Positions 27,261 to 36,503 of a stretch of 64,000 bases of DNA are shown here, in pieces. The DNA comes from an uncultured Bacteroides sp. (GTDB lineage Bacteria > Bacteroidota > Bacteroidia > Bacteroidales > GCA-2748055). How positions within the stretch are numbered: the first letter of the stretch is position 1; each line of letters begins with the position of its first letter. The position numbers were made by a program, and so were the translations under genes. The stretch is taken from positions 232 to 64,231 of the forward strand of contig CAZURA010000008.1 of assembly GCA_964622985.1 (NCBI GenBank), written 5' to 3'. The notes below the pieces were generated by a model. It saw nothing but the letters and a program-made list of their open reading frames with translations. It had not been told where the DNA came from and ran no database searches.

Positions 27261-28880
27261 TTAGTGCCAGATCAGTTTAATAGCTGAAATCAGTGTCAGC
27301 ACTTGTGCTTTCTCATGCACACTTCCCATGGAAAACAACTGTTTGCAATCCTGGGCTATCTCCTTTGCCTCTACCTTTTCAAGGTGTTCTTCCAGATACC
27401 TTTCAAAAGAGTATTGGACAGAATCGCTGGTATTGTACCAGAATTGGAAAGGATTCATACCGCGGTTCACTCCACGATGCCTGTTCCCTGCACGATCAAG
27501 ATGAAATCTGACACCCTGCAGAACAAAAGCGGGCAGGTGGGTCAATGCCATTTCCTTGCCACGGATCCTGATGGTTTTTGTCGTAATCCTTCTTCCCAGT
27601 TTCTCCCATTTGAAGGCCGCTGCCTGTGGATATTTAGCCAGAATCCATTTCTTATAGAGATGGTGATTAATCCTGTATTTGAGTGGTATGGTCATGCAGA
27701 ATTCCAGAAAATCAACATCAAGAAAGGGAGAAGTTACTTCTGAGTATTGCTGCACAGGTAGATTACCGGCTAAGATAAAATTCAGACCACGGTTCTGATA
27801 TAACATCAATTCCTGATTTTCATATTCTTCCAGGTCTTCGACAGGCAATTTATGAAGCAGGCGGTTCGAAATGGCCTTTGGGAATGAAGGCTTGGCATAC
27901 TCGTCCAGCGTCAAATATGAACTCAGAGTTACATCACCCAGCTGACCTGAATGGAAAATACCGAACCTGCTGTAATCTATCTGGTCAATGGCATGCTTAC
28001 CGTGTGAAATGGGTAAATGGTAGACAGCTCCTTCGGTTATGCGGTTCACTTCGTCTATGTCCGACATGAACTCTCCATGATCCAGAGACTGAAAAATCCA
28101 TTGATGGTTAAGATGTTTGGCGATCTGACCTGCGATGGTCATATCTGGTGATCCGGTTTGAGCAAAAGTGAAATTGACCATATCCATGTATCCCATCTCG
28201 TGACCCACCCATGCCGACATCCTGCTGTCCAGTCCGCCGCTGAGTGTACATAGAGAGGTAAAACCGTATTCTTTATCTTTCTCATATTCTCTTGATATGG
28301 CTTGCCTGAAAAGCTGATCCACACGCTCAACCGCATCATTTTCTGTTAACTGGTCGTTGGGTGTATTACTGAGTGTATGATAGGATTTGACGGACCATTC
28401 CTTGTCGGCTACCCTTAGGTATTCACCGGGTCTTAATTTATTAATCTCAGCAACCAGGGTTCTGTTACCGAACTGATACCCGTAGGTGAGTAGATAATAA
28501 GCTGCCACTGTGTCCAGTGAGTAACTTACTTGTTTAGTATCAAGCCGTGAAGTTATCTCTTTTAGTGAATTTGATACAATGGTTATCCCCTGCTGATGAC
28601 TATAATATATCCGCTTATCTCCAAGGTGATTGGTATAGATAAGATGAAGATTCTTTTGCTTTACATACAGATATATGAAAAAGCTGCCGCGCAGCTCCTT
28701 TACAAAGGTCTCGCCATATGATTCGTATGCTGATATGATATGTCTGGCAAGTGATCTTTCCTCACGGGTGGATTTGGCCGTAAACACACCTCCTGTTTGT
28801 ATGTTGTAGTGATCATCTTCGTACTCAATAGTATCACGAAAAAATTTCTGGTGATGGGTATGAAGGGCTATATCAATCAT
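27261..28880 (-). CDS. Asparagine synthase (AsnB)-related ATP-pyrophosphatase lacking the N-terminal Cys nucleophile
   Basis: PP-loop motif CTLSGGLDSRMSAWV at ~aa 210. The upstream Ntn-like region (LRGSFFIYLY...) is AsnB-like, but the protein starts MIDIALHTHH, with no Cys2. The next gene's stop lies 3 nt upstream, so the N-terminus cannot be extended. Confidence 0.75.
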   Translation of the reverse strand: MIDIALHTHHQKFFRDTIEYEDDHYNIQTGGVFTAKSTREERSLARHIISAYESYGETFVKELRGSFFIYLYVKQKNLHLIYTNHLGDKRIYYSHQQGITIVSNSLKEITSRLDTKQVSYSLDTVAAYYLLTYGYQFGNRTLVAEINKLRPGEYLRVADKEWSVKSYHTLSNTPNDQLTENDAVERVDQLFRQAISREYEKDKEYGFTSLCTLSGGLDSRMSAWVGHEMGYMDMVNFTFAQTGSPDMTIAGQIAKHLNHQWIFQSLDHGEFMSDIDEVNRITEGAVYHLPISHGKHAIDQIDYSRFGIFHSGQLGDVTLSSYLTLDEYAKPSFPKAISNRLLHKLPVEDLEEYENQELMLYQNRGLNFILAGNLPVQQYSEVTSPFLDVDFLEFCMTIPLKYRINHHLYKKWILAKYPQAAAFKWEKLGRRITTKTIRIRGKEMALTHLPAFVLQGVRFHLDRAGNRHRGVNRGMNPFQFWYNTSDSVQYSFERYLEEHLEKVEAKEIAQDCKQLFSMGSVHEKAQVLTLISAIKLIWH

Positions 28881-28883
28881 ATG

Positions 28884-29543
28884 CTATTTCCTGGCTATTA
28901 CTACATAGCCTCCTGCTTCCTGTTTACTTGTGATGATCTTATCAAAGAATAATGCAATCACCTGGTTGATAAAGAAGAATGGAGTGGCCACAATTCTTAA
29001 CGGTAAAACCGCAAGTTTAATATATAGAAAATAGTTCCACTTCAGGATCCATGTGTACCAGAATCCTCCCATCTCCTCAATGGTAAGATCTGTGAAACCG
29101 GCCCGAGTCAACAAATGTTCCAGTCCGAACGGGGTATAACGGAAATAGTCGTAAGGAGCTTCGTGTACACGCCATTGGAATGGTACTGTAAGAAACAGGG
29201 CTCCTCCCGGTCTTAAAACCCGAAAACACTCTGCAAGGAACTCCTGTGGAGTAGGCAGGTGTTCGAGCACCTGAAAGGAAAGCAGGGTGTCGGCACTCTC
29301 ATCCTCAAAGGGAAAGGTTTGTGTCAGGTCTGCAACAACATCGGGTTTCACTTTGTGAATACTGTTTGACCAGTCAACGCCCACATATTGACATCCCAGC
29401 TCTGTTACCTCCTTTCGGTATGGCGACACGCCGCATCCCAGGTCAATCACAAGACCTTTTATCTGTGCCTTTTTCCTACGGAATACACGATTGTGTATAT
29501 GATGCACTAACCAGTTGTGACTCAAATAATTGATCCTGTACAT
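28884..29543 (-). CDS. Class I SAM-dependent methyltransferase
   Basis: SAM motif I VIDLGCGVSPY, then a post-I acidic residue (VGVD), then LRPGGALFLTVP. Confidence 0.8.
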   Translation of the reverse strand: MYRINYLSHNWLVHHIHNRVFRRKKAQIKGLVIDLGCGVSPYRKEVTELGCQYVGVDWSNSIHKVKPDVVADLTQTFPFEDESADTLLSFQVLEHLPTPQEFLAECFRVLRPGGALFLTVPFQWRVHEAPYDYFRYTPFGLEHLLTRAGFTDLTIEEMGGFWYTWILKWNYFLYIKLAVLPLRIVATPFFFINQVIALFFDKIITSKQEAGGYVVIARK

Positions 29544-29556
29544 TTCTTACTTGACT

Positions 29557-30378
29557 TTATTCGTAGAGATCCTTTAAAACCTGACTCTTCATCAGAGTCA
29601 CGTTGTAATTCCTCGCCACATCGACTACCAGGAATCCTATATTGGTCAATTGTCTGATAGCCTCTTCTATTCTTCGGTTACTGTATCGGTCCAATGGATG
29701 ATGGACCTCGTCAAATTCAATCCCCATCACACGCACGTCTAACTCGTCCCGGACAATGGATTGAATTACCTCATACTCGGCTCCCTCAATATCAATTTTC
29801 AAATAATCGATATGAGAATGTCCCAGTCTGCTCATGAGTGTGGATAATTTGACCACCTCAGCTTCAAAATAGGAATCAGTTCCATGCAGATTGACAATGG
29901 AATGAGAGACCATGGTTTTGTTATTGCTGGGTTCATAAAACTTCACAGTAGTATCTTCACCCCATAATCCAATATTATGATAATCAAGTAATTCAAGGGT
30001 TTCAGGATTCGCCTGATAGAATTGACCTCGCTTTCTGTCAATTTCGAACTGTTCACCCTTCCTGGTTAATTCAAGAAGCAATTCAAAATGCTCTTTAGCC
30101 ACCGGAGTGGGATCAATGATCTGTACCCTCGATCCATATTTTTTTGCTACTTCAACATCAAACGATAAATCAATTCCAGCACCTGCAAAATAGCAGATGG
30201 AATCCTTATGCAGATACCCCACAGGAACTTTCCATCCTCCATATTGAGTTCCCAGTGATTCCAGGGGAATCTTCCTGTCTGTTGTTATGACCGGCTTTTT
30301 TCTGGTTTGTATGCGGAGTTTTCGGATCCTGAACAGGAACCAGAGGATGACTTTACGTATCTTCTCAATGACAATCAT
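29557..30378 (-). CDS. FkbM family methyltransferase
   Basis: FAGAGIDLSFD... and HIDYLKIDIEGAEYEVIQSI are characteristic FkbM-family motifs. The start overlaps the upstream GT stop (ATGA). Confidence 0.78.
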   Translation of the reverse strand: MIVIEKIRKVILWFLFRIRKLRIQTRKKPVITTDRKIPLESLGTQYGGWKVPVGYLHKDSICYFAGAGIDLSFDVEVAKKYGSRVQIIDPTPVAKEHFELLLELTRKGEQFEIDRKRGQFYQANPETLELLDYHNIGLWGEDTTVKFYEPSNNKTMVSHSIVNLHGTDSYFEAEVVKLSTLMSRLGHSHIDYLKIDIEGAEYEVIQSIVRDELDVRVMGIEFDEVHHPLDRYSNRRIEEAIRQLTNIGFLVVDVARNYNVTLMKSQVLKDLYE

Positions 30379-31502
30379 CGATAGGAATTAATCAATTCAT
30401 GGTAGAGTGAGGCGAGCCGTTGGGATTGTACCGCGACATTAAACTGAGCTTCTATCCAGTGTCGGCTTCTTTCACTGTATTCCGATATCTGGTTGATATT
30501 GGATACCATCTTCAAAATGGCCTCTTCAAAGTCACTTACACTATTCTCTTCTGCAAGGAAACCTGTCTCTCCCTCCTGTACGATCTCAGGAATATCTGAA
30601 TGCCTGGTAGATACAACTGGTAATCCCGTACCCATGGCATCCACTAACGACATAGGAGTCCCCTCTTTATCATTTAGCTTGCTTGTTCTGCTGGCCTGGA
30701 GGAAAATATCCGCTTGTTCAGCCAGTTGAATAAAATAGTCATAGGATTGATAGCCATGAAGAGTGACTCTTTTACTAATATCTCCCGTTTCAATAATCTC
30801 TAGTACAGAGGACTTCAGGGGTCCGTCGCCCACCAAATCAACCGTGTAATCCAACTTATCTTTAAGGTTTGACAGGGCTTTTAAGCAGATGTCGACCCCT
30901 TTCTTTTCCACAAAACTGGAAGCAAGTAAGAACCTGATGGGTCTGGAGGGATCATATTCTCGTTTCTTATAAGGGAGTTTTTCAGTATCTACACCCAGAT
31001 GATGAATGACTATTTTCGATTCAGGACAGCCCAATTTTACCAGACTATCCTTCATATGGGGTCCCAGGACGAGAATTCTGTCAGCATGATGAAATGTTTT
31101 CCTCAAACGTTTGACGTTCATGCGGTTCCGGAATGGGAAAAGATATGCATCAGCTCCATAGAAACTCACCACCATGGGAATGTTCAGGTGCCGTTTTAAT
31201 CCCACCATCTTGGCCCCGTGGTTACCAAAATGCACATGTAGCAATTGGGATTCGCGAATGTAGCTGGCAAACCGGGGAATATAGCCTATTATCTTGAAAA
31301 ACAGCAAATTGTAAACTCGTTGGGTGGAGGATAGTTCATCAAGAGCAAACAATTTCAGGATCGGAAACATCTCCTGGTTTCTTCTCTTTCTGCTGATGAA
31401 AGCCACGAAGAATTCCTTTAGGAATTTTACCTGATTGTATATCCATATTTCAGTGAGGGGGAGATAGCTGGAATTATAATGTACAACCAACGGTTTTGTC
31501 AT
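30375..31502 (-). CDS. Glycosyltransferase family 4 (GT-B, RfaB-like)
   Basis: C-terminal EGTPMSLVDAMGTGLPVVSTRHSDIPEIVQEGETGFL (E-X7-E type GT4 motif). The track ORF (to 31718) overlaps the epimerase gene, so I use the ATG at 31502, one nt after the epimerase stop. The ATG at 31514 is an alternative. Confidence 0.8.
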   Translation of the reverse strand: MTKPLVVHYNSSYLPLTEIWIYNQVKFLKEFFVAFISRKRRNQEMFPILKLFALDELSSTQRVYNLLFFKIIGYIPRFASYIRESQLLHVHFGNHGAKMVGLKRHLNIPMVVSFYGADAYLFPFRNRMNVKRLRKTFHHADRILVLGPHMKDSLVKLGCPESKIVIHHLGVDTEKLPYKKREYDPSRPIRFLLASSFVEKKGVDICLKALSNLKDKLDYTVDLVGDGPLKSSVLEIIETGDISKRVTLHGYQSYDYFIQLAEQADIFLQASRTSKLNDKEGTPMSLVDAMGTGLPVVSTRHSDIPEIVQEGETGFLAEENSVSDFEEAILKMVSNINQISEYSERSRHWIEAQFNVAVQSQRLASLYHELINSYR

Positions 31503-31503
31503 T

Positions 31504-32466
31504 TCATCCTTCATTCGAATAATGCATTTTGTATGCTTCTGCCGTGGATATAATTCCAGTTTCCAGATCAATTGCAGGCTTCCAGCCAGACACCTCGCTG
31601 ATTTTCGTGAGATCGGAGTAGTAATCACCAGTCTCGATACTCTTTTCCAGCGAAGGCCATTCTGTTTGCTGAAAAGTAGATCCGGGGATATGATTGGTAA
31701 TGATCCTGGCCACTTCAAGTATAGATTGACCTTTGCCTGACCCTACATTATAGATGTTGCCGTAGAGCTTTTCATTGTACACAGAGATTTCCAATAACCG
31801 GGAAAGATCATCTATATGAAGATAATCCCTTTTCTGGGATCCATCTCCATATACCTGAATGGCCTTACCCTGTATAGCCTTGTATATGAACTGGTTGAGT
31901 ACGCTGTAACTTAGTCCTTCAGGATTATAGTTATAGCCATATGGATTGGAGATCCTGAAAATAACCGAGTCTATCTGATAGTGCCTGGAATACAATTGAT
32001 AATAATATTCTGCCGTGTTTTTATGAATGGCGTAGAAGCTCTGGGGATTGATTGGATGCGTCTCATTGACAGGCAAGGTAACGGGCTTCCCATACACCAG
32101 CCGTGTAGAGGGAAAGATCAACCTGGTATGGTTCGTTTTTTTCCGGCATGCCTCCAGGATGTTCAGATGGCCTTCCAGATTGACATGTAGATCCTCGTAA
32201 GGTGTTGTAATGCTTCCGGCCGCTCCGGATGTTCCGGCAAATGAAAAAATTACATTATGATCAGCAACGGCTTCCTCTACTTTTTGCATGCTGTTAATGG
32301 AGCCGTGATATAGCTTATGTCTGAAGATGCTTAAGAACGGATCCCCGGGTGAGAGTTTAACATTTGACATGATATTCACGCTGGAATACCCTGACCGGAT
32401 AAGTTGTTGGTAAAGGTTCCTACCAAGGAAACCAAATCCGCCTATGATGAGAATCCTGGGTTTCAT
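31504..32466 (-). CDS. NAD-dependent epimerase/dehydratase (SDR family)
   Basis: Rossmann motif ILIIGGFGFLGRNL and catalytic YAIHK (YxxxK). I used the ATG at 32466, since the track start 32475 is TTG. Confidence 0.85.
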   Translation of the reverse strand: MKPRILIIGGFGFLGRNLYQQLIRSGYSSVNIMSNVKLSPGDPFLSIFRHKLYHGSINSMQKVEEAVADHNVIFSFAGTSGAAGSITTPYEDLHVNLEGHLNILEACRKKTNHTRLIFPSTRLVYGKPVTLPVNETHPINPQSFYAIHKNTAEYYYQLYSRHYQIDSVIFRISNPYGYNYNPEGLSYSVLNQFIYKAIQGKAIQVYGDGSQKRDYLHIDDLSRLLEISVYNEKLYGNIYNVGSGKGQSILEVARIITNHIPGSTFQQTEWPSLEKSIETGDYYSDLTKISEVSGWKPAIDLETGIISTAEAYKMHYSNEG

Positions 32467-32606
32467 GCAGATCAAAAATAGTGATTATTCCCGTTTGTAC
32501 ACACTATCATGAAGTGCATAAAGTACTTCAGCAACAAAATCTCCACATTCCCGTATAATCCGTTTAATGTAGAACAACATTTCTAATATGTTAATTTAAT
32601 AGAACC

Positions 32607-33944
32607 ATGGAACCCCTTAAAACTCTCACAACCCTCATTATTCTCACTCTTTTATTCTACTCATGTGATAGAAACGAATACGCTCCAGTAATCATTGATC
32701 AGGAGTATTTCATTGAAGAAAACAGTCCTGCTGGTTCAGTAATTGGCACTGTTGATGCCTCAGATGCAGATGAGAATCAAATCCTTTCATTTGAGATCGT
32801 CGATGGAAATATAGATGGCACCTTTGAGATAGATCCTGAACATGGAGATCTTTTGGTCGCTGATCCGGAAAAATTGGACTATGAAGAGAATATCCAGTAT
32901 ATTTTAACAGTATCAGTATCTGATAACCATAAGAAGGAACCTATGGAGTCTTCTGCCACTATTCAGATCAATGTAACCGATGAAAATGAGTTTGCCCCAT
33001 TTGTGGATGATCAAAACTTCACAATGGATGAGAATCCGTTGAATGAACAGGAAATCGGAATGATTCAGGCAACAGATAATGATATCCATCAGAATCTCAT
33101 CTTTAGTATTGTGGGGTATGATGAAGAGAACTATTTCCAGATTGATCCTCAGACCGGATCACTTTCGGTACAGGATTCAGCAGGATTTGATTATGAATCC
33201 AATCAGCAACTGACCATTGTTGTTCAGGTGGAGGATAGCCACATGAACTCATTATCGGACTCTGCCACAATTACGATTCAAATTAACAATGTCCTTGATT
33301 TCCAGGATAATCTGATTGCTTATTATTCATTCAATGGTGATGCTTCTGATAATGGGCCATTTCAAAACCATGCTGATATCTATAATGCACAATTAACAAC
33401 AGATAGGTATGGACAAGCAATGTGTGCGTATGACTTTGATGGAGAGGGTGATTATATGGTTATCCCTCATCAGGATTATTTGGATTTTGAAGCCGTAGAG
33501 GACACCTTTTCCATTTCTTTCTGGATTAAGTCTGATCAACCACTTCCTGTGGGAGCTACTTCGGGAAGAGTACTTCAAAAATGGAATGGACTCCTTCAGT
33601 ATTCATACCCCTATTCCTTCCAATTCAACAATGATGTATTCCTGTTTGCCATTTTCGACAAATCGAATGCAAATTCGTATCATTTTGGTAACATTTGGGA
33701 TGATCAGTGGCACCATATTGTGGTTACGGTCGATGGACAATCTAAGACAGTCCATGGATACCTGGATGGGAATTTAGCGGTCATGCAACCCATAACGTTA
33801 ACAGGTTCCACTAAAAACGATCTCGAGATTATTGTTTCGTCAAAATCAAGTCAGGAGATAGGTTTCTGCTACAAAGGAGTGTTGGACGACATTGCCTTCC
33901 ACGGGAGGATTCTAAGAGAAGAGGAGATTTCCAAACTGTTTTGA
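32607..33944 (+). CDS. Lipoprotein with ~2 cadherin-like repeats and a C-terminal LamG/concanavalin-A-like lectin domain
   Basis: Lipobox-like LTLLFYSC. Cadherin repeats: FIEENSPAGSVIGTVDASDADENQILSFEIVDGNIDGTFEIDPEHGDLLVA..LDYEE...YILTVSVSDN and FTMDENPLNEQEIGMIQATDNDIHQNLIFSIV...FQIDPQTGSLSV...FDYES. LamG-like tail: AYYSFNGDASD...FSISFWIK...HHIVVTVDG...YLDG...LDDIAFHGRILREEEISKLF. Confidence 0.72.
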   Translation: MEPLKTLTTLIILTLLFYSCDRNEYAPVIIDQEYFIEENSPAGSVIGTVDASDADENQILSFEIVDGNIDGTFEIDPEHGDLLVADPEKLDYEENIQYILTVSVSDNHKKEPMESSATIQINVTDENEFAPFVDDQNFTMDENPLNEQEIGMIQATDNDIHQNLIFSIVGYDEENYFQIDPQTGSLSVQDSAGFDYESNQQLTIVVQVEDSHMNSLSDSATITIQINNVLDFQDNLIAYYSFNGDASDNGPFQNHADIYNAQLTTDRYGQAMCAYDFDGEGDYMVIPHQDYLDFEAVEDTFSISFWIKSDQPLPVGATSGRVLQKWNGLLQYSYPYSFQFNNDVFLFAIFDKSNANSYHFGNIWDDQWHHIVVTVDGQSKTVHGYLDGNLAVMQPITLTGSTKNDLEIIVSSKSSQEIGFCYKGVLDDIAFHGRILREEEISKLF

Positions 33945-33960
33945 AAGATTTAGGAACTTC

Positions 33961-35127
33961 TTAAATACTGGAGTATAGCCCAACAAGCCTGTCAGCATCC
34001 TGGTTCCAGTTGTATTTCGTATCGACCCATTTCTTTCCGCTTTCGGGTATCAAATCCCGGAAATAGGTATCATTGAACAGGCTGAAGAGTTTTGATGCAA
34101 AATCCTGTTCATCCTGGTCTCTGAAGCAAATTCCGGTAGATGTTTCAGTAATAATTCGTTTCAGAGGATCACAATCGGAGGCAAGAATGGGTATGCCAGC
34201 ATACATGTATTGGAAAAGCTTATGTGGAATGGTAGAATCGGTATGGGGTGACTTAATATGAGGAATTAAAGCTAAGTCTGATTGACTCACACGAATCAAT
34301 AGCTCTTTCAGCGGCATCCATTCGAAGAACTCGACATATTTATCCACACCGTGATCTGCAACCAGTTTCTTCAGGATCAACACATAACTTCCGCTCCCAA
34401 TGAGCCAAACCCTGATGTTTGGAATTTTCCTAATGATTTCAGGAAGTGCTTGAATGACTGTTTGTAATCCCCTGTGGTATGTAATCCCCCCACCATAGAC
34501 CATAGTTACAAAATTTGTGTCTTTTACCTGTTCGGGGAAATCGAAATGTTCAGGGTTGATGGTATTTGAAATAACATGGATACGGGTGGCATCTGCGCCA
34601 AGCTGGGTCATCCTTTCTTTGGCTTCATCCACCACGACAATGATGTGGTCGGCCAGTTTTACATATTTTTTTTCATAGCGTTCCCATTGACTATGGGAAC
34701 TAACTAGTTTACCGAGTATTGTATTTGTGTGTTGTGCTATTTTGAGCAGCGCCGGCCAGTTTTCATGAAGATCGAGAATGAAGGGGATCCCTTCCTTTTG
34801 GCTGATTTCATATCCCACTTTGGCCAGAGGAAGGTCATGAATATGGATCGCATCAAATGTATTGGAACGCAACAGGTGTTTGAGGAATTTCCGCCAGAAA
34901 TTGAAATAGATAGCGGATTTGAGTGCTCCCACACTGGCTTTGTAAATGAAAGTTGAAATATATCGTTTGTGAATATGGTATGGCAATCCGTCCGGAATCT
35001 CAAATGTTTTAGTGTGGCTGTAACAGGCGATATGTAATTCATGTCCAGCGCCGAGCAAGGCATCAATTTCATTTTCAACCCTTATATCAGGAGGAAAATC
35101 AGATTCCAATACCATTAATATCTTCAT
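33961..35127 (-). CDS. Glycosyltransferase (GT-B fold, GT4/GT1-like)
   Basis: MKILMVLESDFPPDIRVENEIDAL, and C-terminal HKLFQYMYAGIPILASDCDPLKRIITETSTGICF. The start overlaps the upstream GT stop (ATGA at 35124..35127). Confidence 0.78.
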   Translation of the reverse strand: MKILMVLESDFPPDIRVENEIDALLGAGHELHIACYSHTKTFEIPDGLPYHIHKRYISTFIYKASVGALKSAIYFNFWRKFLKHLLRSNTFDAIHIHDLPLAKVGYEISQKEGIPFILDLHENWPALLKIAQHTNTILGKLVSSHSQWERYEKKYVKLADHIIVVVDEAKERMTQLGADATRIHVISNTINPEHFDFPEQVKDTNFVTMVYGGGITYHRGLQTVIQALPEIIRKIPNIRVWLIGSGSYVLILKKLVADHGVDKYVEFFEWMPLKELLIRVSQSDLALIPHIKSPHTDSTIPHKLFQYMYAGIPILASDCDPLKRIITETSTGICFRDQDEQDFASKLFSLFNDTYFRDLIPESGKKWVDTKYNWNQDADRLVGLYSSI

Positions 35128-36500
35128 CTATTCTGAGTTAACTGATTTAGCAGATCAATATAGTTTGCGGTGAGGCTTCTTCTGGAGTATTTTTCTGTGT
35201 CAATGTTCTTAATAGTAAGCTCCCTCTTCTGAAACTTCTCAAGCCAATTCAGCAATAGTTCTTTCAACTTATCCTTATCTCCGAAAGGAATCATTTCCCC
35301 CGCCTGGCACTCTTTGAGAATTTCTGCAGCATCTCCATCCTCAGGCCCGATCCCCAGAACGGGTCTTCCAGCTGCCAGGTATTCAAAGATTTTTCCTGTC
35401 TTTATCGATTTTGCATTGGGTGTATCATTAATGGGCAGGTAGAGCACAGAAGCTGACTGAAGCAATGGGATCACCTGATCATGCGGTAGATGAGCTTCAA
35501 TCTCCACCCGATCCTCCAAGTTCTGCTCTGAAATACTTTGATACACAGATATATCCAGCTTCCCAACCAGTTTGATCTTCAACTTTGATGTGAGTTCCGG
35601 ATACCCTTTAATCAACTCTGCCAGTGCTGCCCAGAAGATCGGAATGTTGCGGTCCCGGTTCATGGCTCCTATATGCACAATGGAGAACTCAGCTGATAGC
35701 TTTCCCGTGGCAGGATCTTTAGGTCTCTGCTCCATGATGCCGGGGCCTTCCTTCATTCCGGGTTTCTCCACAGTTCTGGTAAAGTCGGTTTCATCATATC
35801 CGTTTGGAATGACTACCGGTGTGATGTGCTCCGTCTGTCTGAACCTTTCAGCCATGGTCTTACCAATCACCACCACCCTGTCGGCTCCATGTAGCACAGC
35901 ATTTTCCTGGGCTTTGTGCTTCCGATCAGACCGGCGGGTTAACATAAGTTGATCATAGAAGTCGATCTCGGTCCAGGGATCTCTGAAATCAGCTATCCAG
36001 GGAATGCTGAAATGTCTCTTCAATTTCAGCGCAATAAGATGCATGCTGTGTGGCGGACCAGTGGAGATGATTGCATCCACAGGGTGCTGTTTCAAATATT
36101 TCCTGAGGAATCTGTATGAGGGCCTTATCCAAAACTTCCGGGCATCGGGGATAAATAGGTTTCCTCTGATCCAGACGGAGAATCCTTCTTTCTTTTCCGG
36201 CCTTTCGTTTTCCTTCAGGAATCCGGCATTAATCCGTTCGCTGGAATCCATTCCAACAAATCGTTTGTAGAGCGTATACGGTTCCCAGATGGGTCTTTTG
36301 ATCACTTCGGTAGTGTCATGAATATCTTCCAAAAGGCTGGGGTCATCCACCGGTGCTTCAGGATTTTCCGGAGTATATACAATGGGTTGCCACCCAAACT
36401 CAGGAAGATACTTGGTGAATTTCAGCCAGCGCTGTACTCCGGCTCCACCGCTGGGAGGCCAGTAATAGGTTATGACCAGGACTCTTTTCACGTGTGGCAA
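35124..36500 (-). CDS. Glycosyltransferase (GT-B fold, GT4-like)
   Basis: KRVLVITYYWPPSGGAGVQRWLKFTKYLPEFGWQPIVYTPEN, and C-terminal GKIFEYLAAGRPVLGIGPEDGDAAEIL. It uses a non-ATG start (TTG 36500 or GTG 36491) 3 nt after the glyQS stop. Confidence 0.75.
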   Translation of the reverse strand: MPHVKRVLVITYYWPPSGGAGVQRWLKFTKYLPEFGWQPIVYTPENPEAPVDDPSLLEDIHDTTEVIKRPIWEPYTLYKRFVGMDSSERINAGFLKENERPEKKEGFSVWIRGNLFIPDARKFWIRPSYRFLRKYLKQHPVDAIISTGPPHSMHLIALKLKRHFSIPWIADFRDPWTEIDFYDQLMLTRRSDRKHKAQENAVLHGADRVVVIGKTMAERFRQTEHITPVVIPNGYDETDFTRTVEKPGMKEGPGIMEQRPKDPATGKLSAEFSIVHIGAMNRDRNIPIFWAALAELIKGYPELTSKLKIKLVGKLDISVYQSISEQNLEDRVEIEAHLPHDQVIPLLQSASVLYLPINDTPNAKSIKTGKIFEYLAAGRPVLGIGPEDGDAAEILKECQAGEMIPFGDKDKLKELLLNWLEKFQKRELTIKNIDTEKYSRRSLTANYIDLLNQLTQNR

Positions 36501-36503
36501 CCG

